Assembly (NCBI RefSeq): GCF_006345805.1
Contig: NC_043011.1
Location: 29,028,464 to 29,092,463 of the forward strand
Length of the DNA stretch: 64,000 bases
Origin: Octopus sinensis
Taxonomy: Eukaryota
Direction of reading: 5' to 3'
Under the pieces are notes generated by a model. It was not told the origin of the DNA. It saw only the letters and a program-made list of their open reading frames with translations, and made no database searches. The first letter of the stretch is position 1. Every line of letters starts with the position of its first letter. Both the position numbers and the translations under genes were made by a program. Below are positions 13,845 to 26,260 of the stretch, one piece after another.

Positions 13845-14640
13845 ACACATTCGATGAATTTTCAAAATTCTAGTCGTTCTATTGACGGGTCTGTCAATTG
13901 AAAGTGCGCTAAATGTAAAAAAAAAAAAAAAAACTCTTTCCACCAGGAAAAATATATTTACAAAAAACTCTAAGCTGCCATTATATGTAATTTTTCATTA
14001 AGTGTTTGATTTTATTTTCGAATTGCCTGTGACGATATCTGCACGTATGAATTGCATCGATATAAAAACTGCCGTTCAGTGGTACCAGTTCTGTAGAGAT
14101 GTTTGTTCGGCAAAATTGCTGCAGGACAAAACTCCCATTGATGGTCCTGATCATACAGTGGAGATCAATGAAAGCTTGTTCTTCAATAGCAAGAACAATG
14201 TAGGAAGATTGTGTCGCAAAACTGGGGTTGTCGGATGTTATGACACCATAACCAGAAAAGGATTTCTTCCAGGTGTACCCGATAGGAGTACAGAGACGTT
14301 GGAGAATGTTATCAGACAAAACGTTCTTCTAGGAATTACTTCTATGACTGACAATTTGACAAGCTATTGTAATTTCTACCCATTTCACCCATTGCTACGT
14401 TCTGAGTTCAAATTCCGCCGAGGTCGACTTTGCCTTTCATCCTTTCGGGGTCGATTAAATAAGTACCAGTTACGCACTGGGGTCGATGTAATCGATTTAA
14501 TCCCTTTGTCTGTCCTTGTTTGTCCCCTCTGTGTTTAGCCCCTTGTGGGTAGTAATGAAATATATTGTAATTTCTACACGCTCGGTTACATTCACCATAC
14601 AGTAAATCATTCCCAAAATTTCATAGATCGGTCACCGGGG
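13845..14640 (+). mobile_element. Merlin (IS1016/IS1595-like) DDE transposase remnant, interrupted by a SINE
   Basis: IDGPDHTVEINESLF..KNNVGR...VPDRSTETLENVIRQNV..G...TD...Y, then after the SINE LGYIHHTVNHSQNFID. Confidence 0.8.
14380..14562 (+). mobile_element. 5'-truncated SINE with 15-bp TSD
   Basis: TSD TATTGTAATTTCTAC at 14365-14379 and 14563-14577; body matches the family at 16408 and 63181. Confidence 0.9.
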
Positions 14641-16407
14641 TATGTACAAATCAGTGGAAGTAAAGATCCTTTGGGATATATATATTTTTTTTTTGGGGGG
14701 GGGTTCTTTTTACATGAACATACTATATCGAGGGCGGAGATTCCGAATCTGCAAAAAAATCTGCATTTCAAAATTTATATTGTACAGGCAAAAAAAAAAA
14801 AAAAAAATTAAAGACAAAACACACCTTTACTCACTCTTTCCCCCCCCTCTCTCCACACGAAATCGAAGCGTAACTAGTTTACCCGCTTAAAATTTCGGCA
14901 TGAAATACTGCTAAAGGAAAATTGAAACACTTGATGACATTTCAAAACTGTTTTGCAGCTCAGTTCTTATATATCCTAGGATCTATATACCCAATAATTT
15001 CAGTAGGTATGTAAAAGATATTGTTTTAATACACTTTGTCTTGTTTCACACAAACACTAACATGGATTTTTTTGGTCCAGACATCGTTACCACTAATTTT
15101 TATAACTTCAACATTCCTTTATTATTCTTTTCAAACAGTCTAATGTAATCCACATTCTAGAAACCATATTTCTGCAAAATGTCGTCTTAAAATCTGTGTA
15201 AAGAAAAGGGGTTGATGCAGCTTCGCACCTCGCCTTCAAAGGTGCCTTCTTAAAAAAGATTTCTTCGGAAACATGTCTATGTGTGTGTGTGTGTTTGTGT
15301 ATGTATATATATATATATATATATAATCGTAATATGCCGTTTGAAAGGTATTTCAATAAAATTTCATTGAAAAAACCCGCCATTTTGCTAACAGTTACAA
15401 GGGAAAAGCTCGGATCTTGTGAATGTTCTGAATTCCTCTCATCACCCTCCTCCCGTTGGTTTGCACGCATTTTTTTTCATATTCGTTTCCTACTCATTGT
15501 TTTACACCCATTCCAGTATATTTTGGGGATTTTTATTTCCAGGTCAAGATGTAATACCCAAAACTCTTTCGGGGGTTCGAAAAATGAGGTGGGGTGAGGT
15601 GGAAGCCTCGGAAATATCACCCCACCTCATTGATCTTTTCACTCGCACGATTTTCACCAAGGAGAAAAAAAAAAAATTGCGCCCATGTTTGTGTGGGCGG
15701 CGGAGGAGAGAAAGATGAACGATTTAAATTAAATAAATAAGCGATTTAAAATAAATATATCTTAATTGTTGTGTGAGAAAGTATATATATTCTGATGATA
15801 AAATATAATATCTTTCAAAAATATGCTAAATTTATAGACTATATCTTGTTTAAGAAAAAAAAAAACATTTTACAGAAATAAATTTTCTAGGGTGTGAATT
15901 ACATGGTTCATTATTAAATATACCCCACCCCCGCCGCCCATCATTTTTTTCCGAACAAAAATAAGGGATTTGCAGCAGTAATGAAACAATATACGAAAGT
16001 TGTTTTTTTTTTTTTTTTTCTTTTTCCAAGTGTTTCCAGTGTTTTCGATGATGGAGATTCTGAATATGCACCAAAACCATGTTTTCAACATTTTCAATCC
16101 CCCCTCCCCACCCCAAACTTTTTAATTCTAATTTTTCGAATTTTGTTTTTTCAATCTGCGTGGGAAAATACGGAGATTAAGAATATGGGAAAAAAAGAAA
16201 GTAATTAATTTCAAATTTTCAATGAGGAAACTCCAAAATTGATTCATACATCCTTCGCTACCCCAATTCCGCTGTCTAAAAGTGAAAATGGAGGGCTTGT
16301 GTGCGCGCGCGTGCGTTTGAACAGAGAAAATACACCGAAATGTTTTACACACCTGTCATATAGGTCGGTTTTGCTTCTTCGCTTTAAAGGTAAACGGTCC
16401 TGATAGA

Positions 16408-16638
16408 GGCGGCGAGCTGGCAGAAATGTTAGCGCGCCGGATGAAATACTTAGCGGTATTTCGTCTGTCGTTACGTTCTGAGTTCAAATTCCGCCGAGGT
16501 CGACTTTGTCTTTCATCCTTTCGGGGTCGATAAATTAAGTACCAGTTACGCACTGGGGTCGATGTAATCGACTTAATACCTATGTCTGTCCTTGTTTGTC
16601 CCCTCTGTGTTTAGCCCCTTGTGGGTAATAAAGAAATA
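16408..16638 (+). mobile_element. Full-length tRNA-derived SINE (family A) with 12-bp TSD
   Basis: Head GGCGGCGAGCTGGCAGAA (A box), GAGTTCAAATTCC (B box), core GCCTTTCATCCTTTCGGGGTCGATAAA-like. TSD GGTCCTGATAGA at 16396-16407 and 16639-16650. Confidence 0.9.
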
Positions 16639-17570
16639 GGTCCTGATAGAAGCAAACACAATATTCAATGTTTGTGTTCTTCATCCAGAAAGAAAACTTC
16701 ATGGGACTTCGTTCATGTGTCCCCCCCCCCAAAAAAAAAGTTTTTATATTCGGAATCTACAGGATGTAACACATATTCGTAAAAAAAATTCATTAAAAAA
16801 TATCTATTTTTCTGAAAGTTATGATCATCCAAAGTGAGTGGGACAGAAAACCTGTAATTATTGCCTGCAGTTCAAGTGCATGTTGCCCACAAATTTGACA
16901 ACAATCACTCCAGAGAAGGGAAGATGTTTTTTGTAAAACAGATACGCCAGATCATTTCCAAGAAATCTGAAAAATCTCTGTCCAAAAGGAGAAATTTGCA
17001 GCTTCCTAACTCCGAATTCAACATATATATATATGTGTGTCTTTGTGTTTGACACCCAGTCACCGCTGTTGCTGTACATTTTTACAATGGAGAGATAGGT
17101 GTCATCATGTTTGTTCTCCAGCGTTCATCATGTCTTCTGGTGGAATTTCGAACCCAAGCCTTATTTGACTAATGTTGAGGTGTTCACATCCCCCATAATT
17201 TAGCGGTTCGGCAAAAAAAAAAAAAAAAAAACAATAGAATAAATACTACCCTTCAAAAATAAGGGGGCCCATTTCGTTCTACTAAAGCCCTTCAAGGCGG
17301 TTCTGCAGCCAAGTGACTGGAACAAGTAAAGGAGTAACTCCGCCATGCCACCTTTCTTCATGAACATCCATCGCCCTTCTTATATAGTCTGAGTATGGAT
17401 GTTGTTATTTGGATAAAAAAAAAAATATCGAGTGAATCGTTGACCCACATAAAAAGACCCCCCATCGAATATCAAACGTGTTTCATGAAATTTTGGTATA
17501 TTACTGGGCATAACTACAGATTTACGGAAATCGACGGAAAGGTCTACTAGAGACGAAAGATTGCCATTTC

Positions 17571-17935
17571 GGCGATCTTTCGTCTCTAGTAGACCTTTCC
17601 GTCGATTTCCGTAAAAAATTTTTTTTTTTTACATATGGGCTTGCGGGAACTTTTGAAGTAATATACATACATATACACATACACCGAGTAAACAATTTCA
17701 GTTATCTCTTTCTTTCACACATTACTCTGTCTCTTCACACACACTAACAGAAGCACTTCACTTACACAACATACTGTCTGTCTCCCACACCCCATCAAAC
17801 ACACACATGTACATCAATGCTTCCCATGCACGGTAACTTCAAAAGAACTTCCCTCGTCATACAATCGCTTTCTCTTAGTCTCTTTCGCTCTCATTACTTA
17901 AAAGTTCCCGCAAGCCCATATGTAAAAAAAAAGAA
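17571..17935 (+). mobile_element. Merlin-like MITE copy (right end truncated)
   Basis: Starts GGCGATCTTTCGTCTCTAGTAGACC. Internal inverted arms ACATATGGGCTTGCGGGAACTTT / AAAGTTCCCGCAAGCCCATATGT. It is an inverted copy of 18600-18978. Confidence 0.7.
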
Positions 17936-18599
17936 AATTTTCTACGAATATGTGTTATATCATGTAGATTTCGAATATACAAAATTTTGGGGGGGAAAGT
18001 GTTTTAGGAGGGGGTCGGGTGGGGAATTTCAGAAAATTCACCAGAGTTCACCTCAATTCGTTTTAACTTTCAAGAAAATGGATATTTTTTAATGAAATTC
18101 TATACAAATATATCTTGGACTACGTAGATTCCGAAAATATAGGAACTCGGGGTTATTTTTGAGAGCCGTTCCCCACTCGCGTGTTTCTGAACAAGTCCAT
18201 ATTTGTTGAGAATTTCATTAAAAATATCCATATCCATTTTCTCGAAAGTTAAGACGAATTAAAGTGGACTAGGGTGAACTTTACGAAATTCTCCAACCCA
18301 TCTCCGAAATTAGGCTGTATCCTAATATGCCACATATTTTATGCACTTTGGAAATAATTCTTGATGGACAAGGCTTTCAGTCTACATATTCTTAACTGCT
18401 GCCTAGAAGAATGGTTGGACCCTCACTTATGTTCACATTAGGACAGCTCTCTCACATTTAGTAAGCCTTTCATATTAGCAAGTCGTTCATTTTCATCGTT
18501 AGATAGTTGGATGGGGTGGCGAGGGGGTGCATGAATCAATTTTGGAGTTTCTTCATAAAAAAATTGAAATTATTTTCTTTTTTTTCCATATTCTTAATC

Positions 18600-18978
18600 G
18601 GCAATCTTTCGTCTCTATTAGACCTTTCTGTCGATTTCCGTAAATTTTTTTTTTTTTTTTACATATGGGCTTGCGGGAACTTTTGAAGTAATGAGAGCGA
18701 AAGAGACTAAGAGAAAGCGATTGTATGACGAGGGAAGTTCTTTCGAAGTTACCGTGCATGTGAAGCATTGATGTACGTGTGTGTGTGTGTTTGATGGGGT
18801 GTGGGAGACAGACAGTATGTTGTGTAAGTGAAGTGCTTCTGTTAGTGTGTGTGAAAGAGAGAGATAACTGAAATTTTTTACTCGGTGTATGTGTATATGT
18901 ATGTATATTACTTCAAAAGTTCCCGCAAGCCCATATGTAAAAAAAAATTTTTTTACGGAAATCGACGGAAAGGTCGCC
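18600..18978 (-). mobile_element. Merlin-like MITE with long TIRs and 8-bp TSD
   Basis: GG...CC termini; TSD TCTTAATC at 18592-18599 and 18979-18986. An empty-site version of the host repeat is visible (reverse complement) at about 16172-16188. Confidence 0.8.
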
Positions 18979-19666
18979 TCTTAATCTCCATATTTTTCCA
19001 CAAAGATTGAAAAAATAAGCTCGAAAAAAAGTTGAAATTTAAAAATCTGGTGTGTGTGGGGGGGGGGGTGATTGAAAATTTTGAAAACATGGTTTTCGGC
19101 ATATTTAGAATTTCCGTCATCGAAAACATAGGAATCCGCTGAAAAAAATTTCAAAAAAAAAAAAAAAAAAAAGGGTCAAGTTTTTCGTGCCGGTGTACTT
19201 GTAAACGTTAACCAAGAGGAGAATTGAGGCTTTCTTCTTACCTGTCTGGAGAGAGCATTCTCTCACTACCCAAGTGGACACACATCTTGCTGTCACGCTG
19301 TTCGGTTGCCCTCTGGCCTTTTGCTGTCAGCGCTGCGCATGCTCTCTTCGGCACTTCTATCCTCAGGGACTCCCGATAGGGTTACCCATTCTCCCACTTC
19401 CACCTTCACCACAGCTTCCGGTCAATACAACAGCATCCATCTTTCATTTTCCAGCTAGTATCCATCTTAATGCTTATTTTGATATCTTGTCCAGATTCCT
19501 TCTGAGCGAGTACCTCAGCCATTTAACCGGCCAGCGTTTTATTTCAAGGAGCACACTAATGCAACTACTTTCGTTATACAGCTTCTCGTTTAAGACTTTG
19601 TTGGGTCAGAAGATGCAGCAAATTTTCCTCTGGCAACCATTGTGCAAAAGTATTGGGGTTACTCAT

Positions 19667-19905
19667 ATTTCTTATTTCTTTATTGCCCACAAGGGGCTAA
19701 ACACAGAGGGGACAAACAAGGACATGCAAAGGGATTAAGTCGAATGCATCGACCCCAGTGCGTAACTGGTACTTAATTTATCGACCCCGGAAGGATGAAA
19801 GGTAAAGTCGACCTCGGCAGAATTTGAACTCAGAACGTAACAAGACGAAATATCGCTAAGCATTTCGCCCGGCGCGCTAACGTTTCTGCCAGCTCGCCGC
19901 CTTCC
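19667..19905 (-). mobile_element. tRNA-derived SINE (family A) with 10-bp TSD
   Basis: Reverse complement of the 16408 element; TSD GGTTACTCAT at 19657-19666 and 19906-19915. Confidence 0.88.
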
Positions 19906-20375
19906 GGTTACTCATGTTTACTCTTAGCATTCATCTGCATTTTGAACCATACATTACGACAGATTTTACTTGTTTGTTACATTGTCCAATCTTAGTCCTA
20001 ATACTATGTTACCTTGACTTCCTGATCGACTGAAGCCTTACAAATGCCCAACAAACTTTGACAAGCCGCGATCTCATGGCCTGTTTCGTCTCGTTCACTG
20101 CACTTCAGTCGTTCAAAATATTTAAAGTCCTTCTTATAGTAGTGGCTTACCGTTGGGAGTGATCAGTGCAAGGTTGCTGGAGTGAGATATTGAATGTTAA
20201 GATTCGCCCTGTTTTGCATAATTGCTCTATATTGATGAAAGACTCGAAAAAACAATTGCAAATACAAATATAGTCCTCTCTGGCCCAGAACTAAGATACA
20301 AATAGGCGCTTGGAATTTATGCATTATGTATGAAGCATCAAAATCTACCCAAATACTGGTTTCAAATTTTGGAAT

Positions 20376-20549
20376 AAGGGGGATAAGTTGATTACATCGA
20401 CCTCAGTGTTCAACTGGTACTTATTTTATCGACCCTGAAAGGAGGAAAAAAATAAAGTCGACCTGGGCGGAATTCGAACTCAACGTAAAGACGGACAATA
20501 CCGCAAGTATTTTGCCCGGTGTGCTAACGATTCTGCCATTTCGCCGCCT
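20376..20549 (-). mobile_element. tRNA-derived SINE (family A), diverged
   Basis: Same head and core as 16408 in reverse. Further diverged copies occur near 9060-9220, 9630-9790, 45602-45770 and 50504-50675. Confidence 0.75.
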
Positions 20550-22500
20550 TGAGTCTACCCAAATGTTAAAAGAAATTATCAGATACTTGAACTCAGCAAG
20601 TATCGTTGGACTGGATCCGAGAGCCAAAATATGAATACTAGCGCGAACCATCCTGTTGCTCAGGACACGATAAGATCCTCATAACAATGTAGAGGTAATA
20701 GGTAGAAAGGAGACGACCATTTTCAGTTAGACTGGGACTGTTACGTTGAAGAAATGCGTTTGTTCCCATTTTCGAAGATTCACTGTTGAGTTGCCATTAG
20801 TTTGGCATTTCGGCTTCGTGTTATTCCATAATGAACAGACACGAACATAATTGTATGTTTTTATTATAAGATTTATCGAACAGGGTAACAACCGAAGGAT
20901 CGTTTCTTTTTGAACGGCACTTTGTAACATAATTTCTAGGTAACTAAAAAGTTTTAAACTTCGTATACTGGTAGAATGTGTTTATAAAACATCATTTTCT
21001 CTTGGCTTTATTGAGAAAATTCTATATGTTGTAACATATTTCGTCTTTAATTTCGAGCATTTCGGCAATTTTAACCAATCGCTGACCTCCATTTAGGTAA
21101 ATAACATTCTGTGCATAATGAATATGTCCCTCCTTTAAGAAACAGATTGGGTTTATTTACATTTGTGAAGAAAAAAAGATACCCTTCCCCAACCCCGGAA
21201 AAAAAGTGAAAAATGAAGAAATTGGGAGCGAGAGGCAAAAAATTTCAAAATTCCGATTTTTTGCAATTTTCCGGAATCTCCGTATCTGAAAACATGGGTT
21301 TTGGGCACAAATAAATAAAAGAAAAAAACAATAATTTGCGAGAAAATGGGTGGGGGCGGGAGGAAGTCTTTCCATGAAATGTTCTAGATTCCACTTACAC
21401 CTGGAATTTGTTGTGGAAAAATTTTCCATGGCTAGGGAGAGGATTTTCGGAAAGTTTACTCAGCTCTCAGAAAAACGGATATTATTTTGAGAATTTTTTT
21501 TCATAAATACCTTTCAGAGCATGAAGATAATGATCATGTTGGAACTGAATATGAAAAAATTCTCGTTGTGCTCGCATGAAATTTGAAATTTCGAAAATTA
21601 TCAGTATGTCTGTGTGTGCCCACCTTTTATTCCTCACATTTAATTTCGGTATTCCAATATAATCGCAATATATTATGCACACTCTAAAAGATATTTGTTG
21701 AAAATTTCATTGAAAATACCCATTTTTCAGAAAGTTGTGAGGAAAGAAAGATGACACGCGTGAATTTTCTGAAACTTCCTTCCCCACCTACAGAAGAAAA
21801 AAAAAATTCATAACAAATTCTTATATAATCGGTTTCTATACCACCTGAAGTGTATTTGTAGAAAGATTCGTTGGAAATTATTAATTTTTCTGGAGGTTAT
21901 GAAGAAAGAAATTTGGAGGCACGATTGTGTAGGTATGCCGTAAAAACTATGTTTGCGATTTCATTTCACGTCGTTCCAAAAAAAAAAAAAAGCCTTGTGT
22001 ATGGATTCACACAAACTAAAGTACCAAAATCCAGTTGTACATTTAAAATAATAATAATAATAATAAAATTAAAGCTCGCATTTTTATAAGACACATTTTT
22101 CGTTTATATCTACGAAAAAATAAATTATTTAATTGTTATCGAACCGTTTGTTTGTTTTGAAACCCTGTTGCGTAAGTTTTCAGGTTGTATAAATTATTTG
22201 AATTAATGTTTTATTTTAAGTGAAGCTTTAAGTAATTATCAGTAAACGAAAAAAGAAGAAAAAATCAAGAGAAAAGATTTGTCGTAGTTTAAAAGTGTTG
22301 AATTACTTCCCTTGAATACTGGCGTATACAGGTAGTGAAGAGTTTTGAAAGATTTCAATTATTAAATCTCTAAAATCTGGGTAAAGTAAATTAAGTAAGT
22401 AGTATGAGACAAAAATGTTGTAATTAAGTAAAATACAATGAGAGTTATTTTGTTTCTGAGGTGTATAAATAAATTAATTGTAAATGTTGTTGGTATAAAA

Positions 22501-22547
22501 TCATCGAATGTATTGAACAGTAAAGGTTTAAATAGATTTTTCTATAT
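22501..22547 (+). promoter_or_regulatory. Putative displaced PSE-containing promoter of U1 copy 1
   Basis: tcatcgaatgtattgaacagtaaaggtttaaatagattt aligns almost without gaps to the -58..-19 region of the array copies (tcagtgaagctacaatgcaaatatcgtttatatgagattt) and abuts the 5' end of the Tx1 insertion. Confidence 0.4.
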
Positions 22548-24690
22548 CGGGGAGTTGACGCTGATCCAGAAAGACCCGAGCAAATAGTATAATATTGGTA
22601 ATTATAGGCCCATAACTCTACTTAATGTAGAGTTAAAGATTTTGGCCAAGGTGTTAGCAGAAAGGTGGAAGGTCGTCGTCAAGAAACTTGTTGGGAAGGC
22701 ACAGACATGTACAATCCCAGGCAGATCGATCGAAGATACTCTTCACCTTCTCCATTACACTATAGACAGGGTTGGGAAATTAGCCGGCAAAGGAGGGGCA
22801 TTGTTCCATTTAGACCAAAGTAAAGCATTCGATAGGGTAGATCATCAGAACTTGGCAGCGGTTCTCCAGGCGGCTGGGCTAGGCCCTGGCTTTCGCGGGT
22901 GGATCTCACCTATGTACAGCGGCATAAAGTCCACAGTCCAGATAAATGGTTACCTAACGGAGCCATTTTCGATTAAGCATTCAGTTCGTCAAGGATGTCC
23001 CTTGTCCCCTCTCCTGTTCGTTTTGGCTCTTGAGCCATTGCTGCGGAAGTTGGAGACGTTGGGATGCAATCCTAATGAAATCAGATGCGGTAAGTCGGTT
23101 TCTGCTTATGAGGATGACATCACCTTCATCGTGTCCAACGAAGCACAGCTAACTCATGTAGAAGGTGCTCTCCGAAGATACGAAGCGGTGGCAGGGGCAG
23201 AAGTTAAGGACAAGTCCACTGGTTTGCGCCTCGGCACCTGGAGGAACAAGCCAATATCGTCCAGTGTTGTTGGACACTGGACAGATGGTCCTTTTAAATT
23301 GCTTGGAGTTTGGTTTGGTTCACACATCCAGACGGAGAAAAATTGGAGCAAGGTAGTGAACAAGGTAGAAGCATTAGTACGGAAGTGGTCTGGAAGGCAT
23401 CTTTCCTTGAAAGGCAGGGCGGAGGTATTACAGGTGTTTATAGCATCTGTCATCACCTATTGCCTGACCGTCGTGCCTTGCCCCAATTTGTGGGTAAGCA
23501 AGTTGGAACGACTCCTTTTCCGCTCTTTGTGGAAGGGAGGAAAGCCACTTGTAAGGCGCTCCATGTGTTGCCAGGAACCACTAAAGGGTGGGCTGGGGAT
23601 GCCTTCGTTAATGATGTGCAGGCATGCACTGAGACTGAGACATCTCTGGTTTCACCTGGAGGGTGATAAGGTGTGGAGTCCGCTGGCAGATAAATTCTTC
23701 CCGCGACCGCACTCTCCTGAGAGATTTAAACCCGGTTTCATTAAAAGACAGAATCTGACTTTATGGCAGAAGGAGTGCCGACAGGCACTCTGGCTGATAC
23801 ACAAGATGGACAAAGACGGCAGCGGGAATACCACCTCGACGTTTTATAGAAGGATGGTAGAGGCAAAAAATGACGACATCATAGGAGGGGTTCTGGGGTT
23901 TGATGAGGATCAACTATCCAACCTGTTTAAGAAGACTTTCAGGCTGGGGTATTTGGACAATTACCAAAAATCCCTGACTTGGCAGTGCTATAGGAATGCT
24001 CTACCTGTTCGCGATAAGTTATTTAGGCGCGGAATGTCAGTGCCACCGACATGTCCAAGATGTGGGTTGGACGATGAAACCGTTCAGCACGCTTTTATAC
24101 ATTGCCAGGAGCTGTCAAGCTTAATAAGTTACGTAGAACACATGTTGTCGCATCTGGGACGAATACAGCTATCGGCTGGTTCTATAACAAAGATGATACC
24201 GCCAGCTGGACTCTCAAAGGAAGGTGAGGCTTGTTTTCACTGTACGGTGGCAGTACTGAAAGAGTGTGTGTGGAGAACTAGAATGGAAGGTTTGGTGACA
24301 TGGTCCTTTGTCTCTGGCTATGGTCTGTTAAAATACTTCAGATTATCATCTGAAGAGTAAGATGGATTTGGAGAAGAGGAACCTGACACAGAAAAAGTAT
24401 GTGATTCGATGGAAGGATGTGATGAAAAAGTTGGGTGTGAGTAACCCTGCTTAGTCATCATGAAAGGAGAAAATAGTCTCTGGGCTTTTAGGCTGCCGGG
24501 TAACAATCTATACTGTGGTATACTTATCCGGCCAATTTTATTTTTAAAAAAACAGGAGAAATGTGAAGTCTAGTATTATAATTACTACTCAACATCTGTA
24601 AATATCAAACGAACTACATAACTTTTTTGTAATTATGTTTTGTACTGTAATGTCCTATCTTTGTAACGATTTTTATAATCATAATAAAGA
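22548..24690 (+). mobile_element. 5'-truncated Tx1/L1-clade LINE (RT, zf-RVT and 3' UTR) ending immediately upstream of U1 copy 1
   Basis: NYRPITLLNVELKILAKVL, LDQSKAFDRVDH, VRQGCPLSPLLF, AYEDD (YADD degenerate), LSLKGRA, GGLGMP, CPRC..DETVQHAFIHC. The 3' UTR ends in AATAAA (24683-24688), 6 nt before U1 +1. Confidence 0.92.
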
Positions 24691-24694
24691 TTTT

Positions 24695-24857
24695 ATACTT
24701 ACCTGGCACAGGGTTACACCATGATCAGCAAGGTGGTTCTCCCAGAGTGAGGCCCTTCCATTGCACTCCGGTTGGGTTGACCTTTGCGATCGCCCCAAAT
24801 GTGGGCGACTCGGGTGCGCTATTTCTAAGTGTGGGGTCTGCGTTCGCGCTCATCCCG
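24695..24857 (+). ncRNA. U1: U1 snRNA gene, copy 1 (divergent type; promoter apparently interrupted)
   Basis: ATACTTACCTGG 5' end; SL1 CCAT-GATCAGCAAG-GTGG; SL2 loop ATTGCACTCC; SL3 CAAATGT; SL4 GCG-TTCG-CGC; 163 nt. Confidence 0.95.
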
Positions 24858-25181
24858 TAAATCAAACAAAGATCAGACTAATAATAATGAATCCTAGATT
24901 CATCTTGCGCAATCTAAGGTAACTCATAATTGTAAGAAATGAGAAGCATAGTTTTATATATACATACATAGTCACTTTTTCGCTGCCATTTCTAGCAAAT
25001 CATTCACTGCAGAATACTATTGTGGATATTATTTCCTTGCGGACGAATGTGTATTTGGTATCTTTTATAGATTGGTGGTTTTTAGGCTGCTATTTCTAGC
25101 AAGTCGATCCTTCATCGAATGGATTTCGATAAATTCTATTCATATTCGATGCATTTAGGTTCATATTTTCACAATGTTCCT

Positions 25182-25227
25182 GGGTGCGTTATTTCTAAGT
25201 GTGGTGTCTGTGTTCACGCTCACCCCA
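25182..25227 (+). pseudogene. U1 3' fragment (Sm site and SL4) with 3' flank
   Basis: gggtgcgttatttctaagtgtggtgtctgtgttcacgctcacccca followed by taaatcaaagaacagac; a mutated duplicate of the end of copy 1. Confidence 0.85.
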
Positions 25228-25489
25228 TAAATCAAAGAACAGACCATCTCTAATGAAACATAAGACCAGTTACTATTATGTATCCTATTTCCAAGACTGT
25301 TATCATCACGAACAATAAGTATAATTTTATATAGTTAACCGATATTTTTTTCTTACGCTGCTGTTTCTAGCAAGTCAAATCTTCATCTAATGGTTTTATC
25401 TCATTCATATTCGATGCAATTGGGTTTATATTTTCACTCTCTTCTTGTGTTGGTGCAAGACGTCGTTCACCTTTTCTTTTTTTTTTTTT

Positions 25490-26260
25490 AGCTTCATGAG
25501 GGGAAATTGTACGCCAAAGATGGGATCCATCTCGTTCGCGAACCAACGAGGAAACCTTGCTTGTGGTTACTCAACATGCTAGGCCCAGATGTTTCAAGTG
25601 CAGACAGAAGGGTCAACGGTTAATGCCCCTCCTCAAAACGCTGGGAAAAACAAAGAGAACAACAAAAGAGAACACAGGGGAAAAAACAAACTGAAATTCA
25701 AAAGGAGGAAAAAAAATGAATGAAAAACAAAACGAAAAAGAAAAGGAGGAGGAAAATAATCTATCAAATGAAAAAGAACAGGAAGAAATGGAATACACGA
25801 CTGTAACAAATAAAGGAAAAAAATCCAACACCCGGACTCCCCACCCCAAACAAAAAGAAAAATAAATGCAGACGAACAACACAAAAAAATTCTCCAATCC
25901 CACCCCGCTGGTACTACGTTTGTAGGACAGCATTTCATTAAACCCCAGTCCCCAACTTTAAAAGTTTAAAAAAAAACAGGCAAATGTATTGCATATAATG
26001 CGAAAAATGAGAGACTGGTGTGGTTTATAAAAGCAAAATCTCACATGAAATGTTTTAAAACCACAGTAAAAGACCCTGAATGGAAATATGCAAAGGTTGG
26101 CGAGGAGGAGTGGAAGGAGAGACTCTTCCAACAGCATGTGAAGGACAATCTAATGAAAGATATCACCCAGGAGGCGATAGCTGGGAAAATGGACATCAGC
26201 TCGGCAGCCACTCCATCCCAGAGCCCGGTGGCAACGCCGGTGAAAATATATATATAGTAG
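25490..26260 (+). mobile_element. Possible LINE ORF1 C-terminal remnant
   Basis: K/E-rich degraded reading frame (EKEQEEMEYTTVTNKGKK) after a T-run, resembling Tx1-type ORF1 tails. No diagnostic motif was found. Confidence 0.3.
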
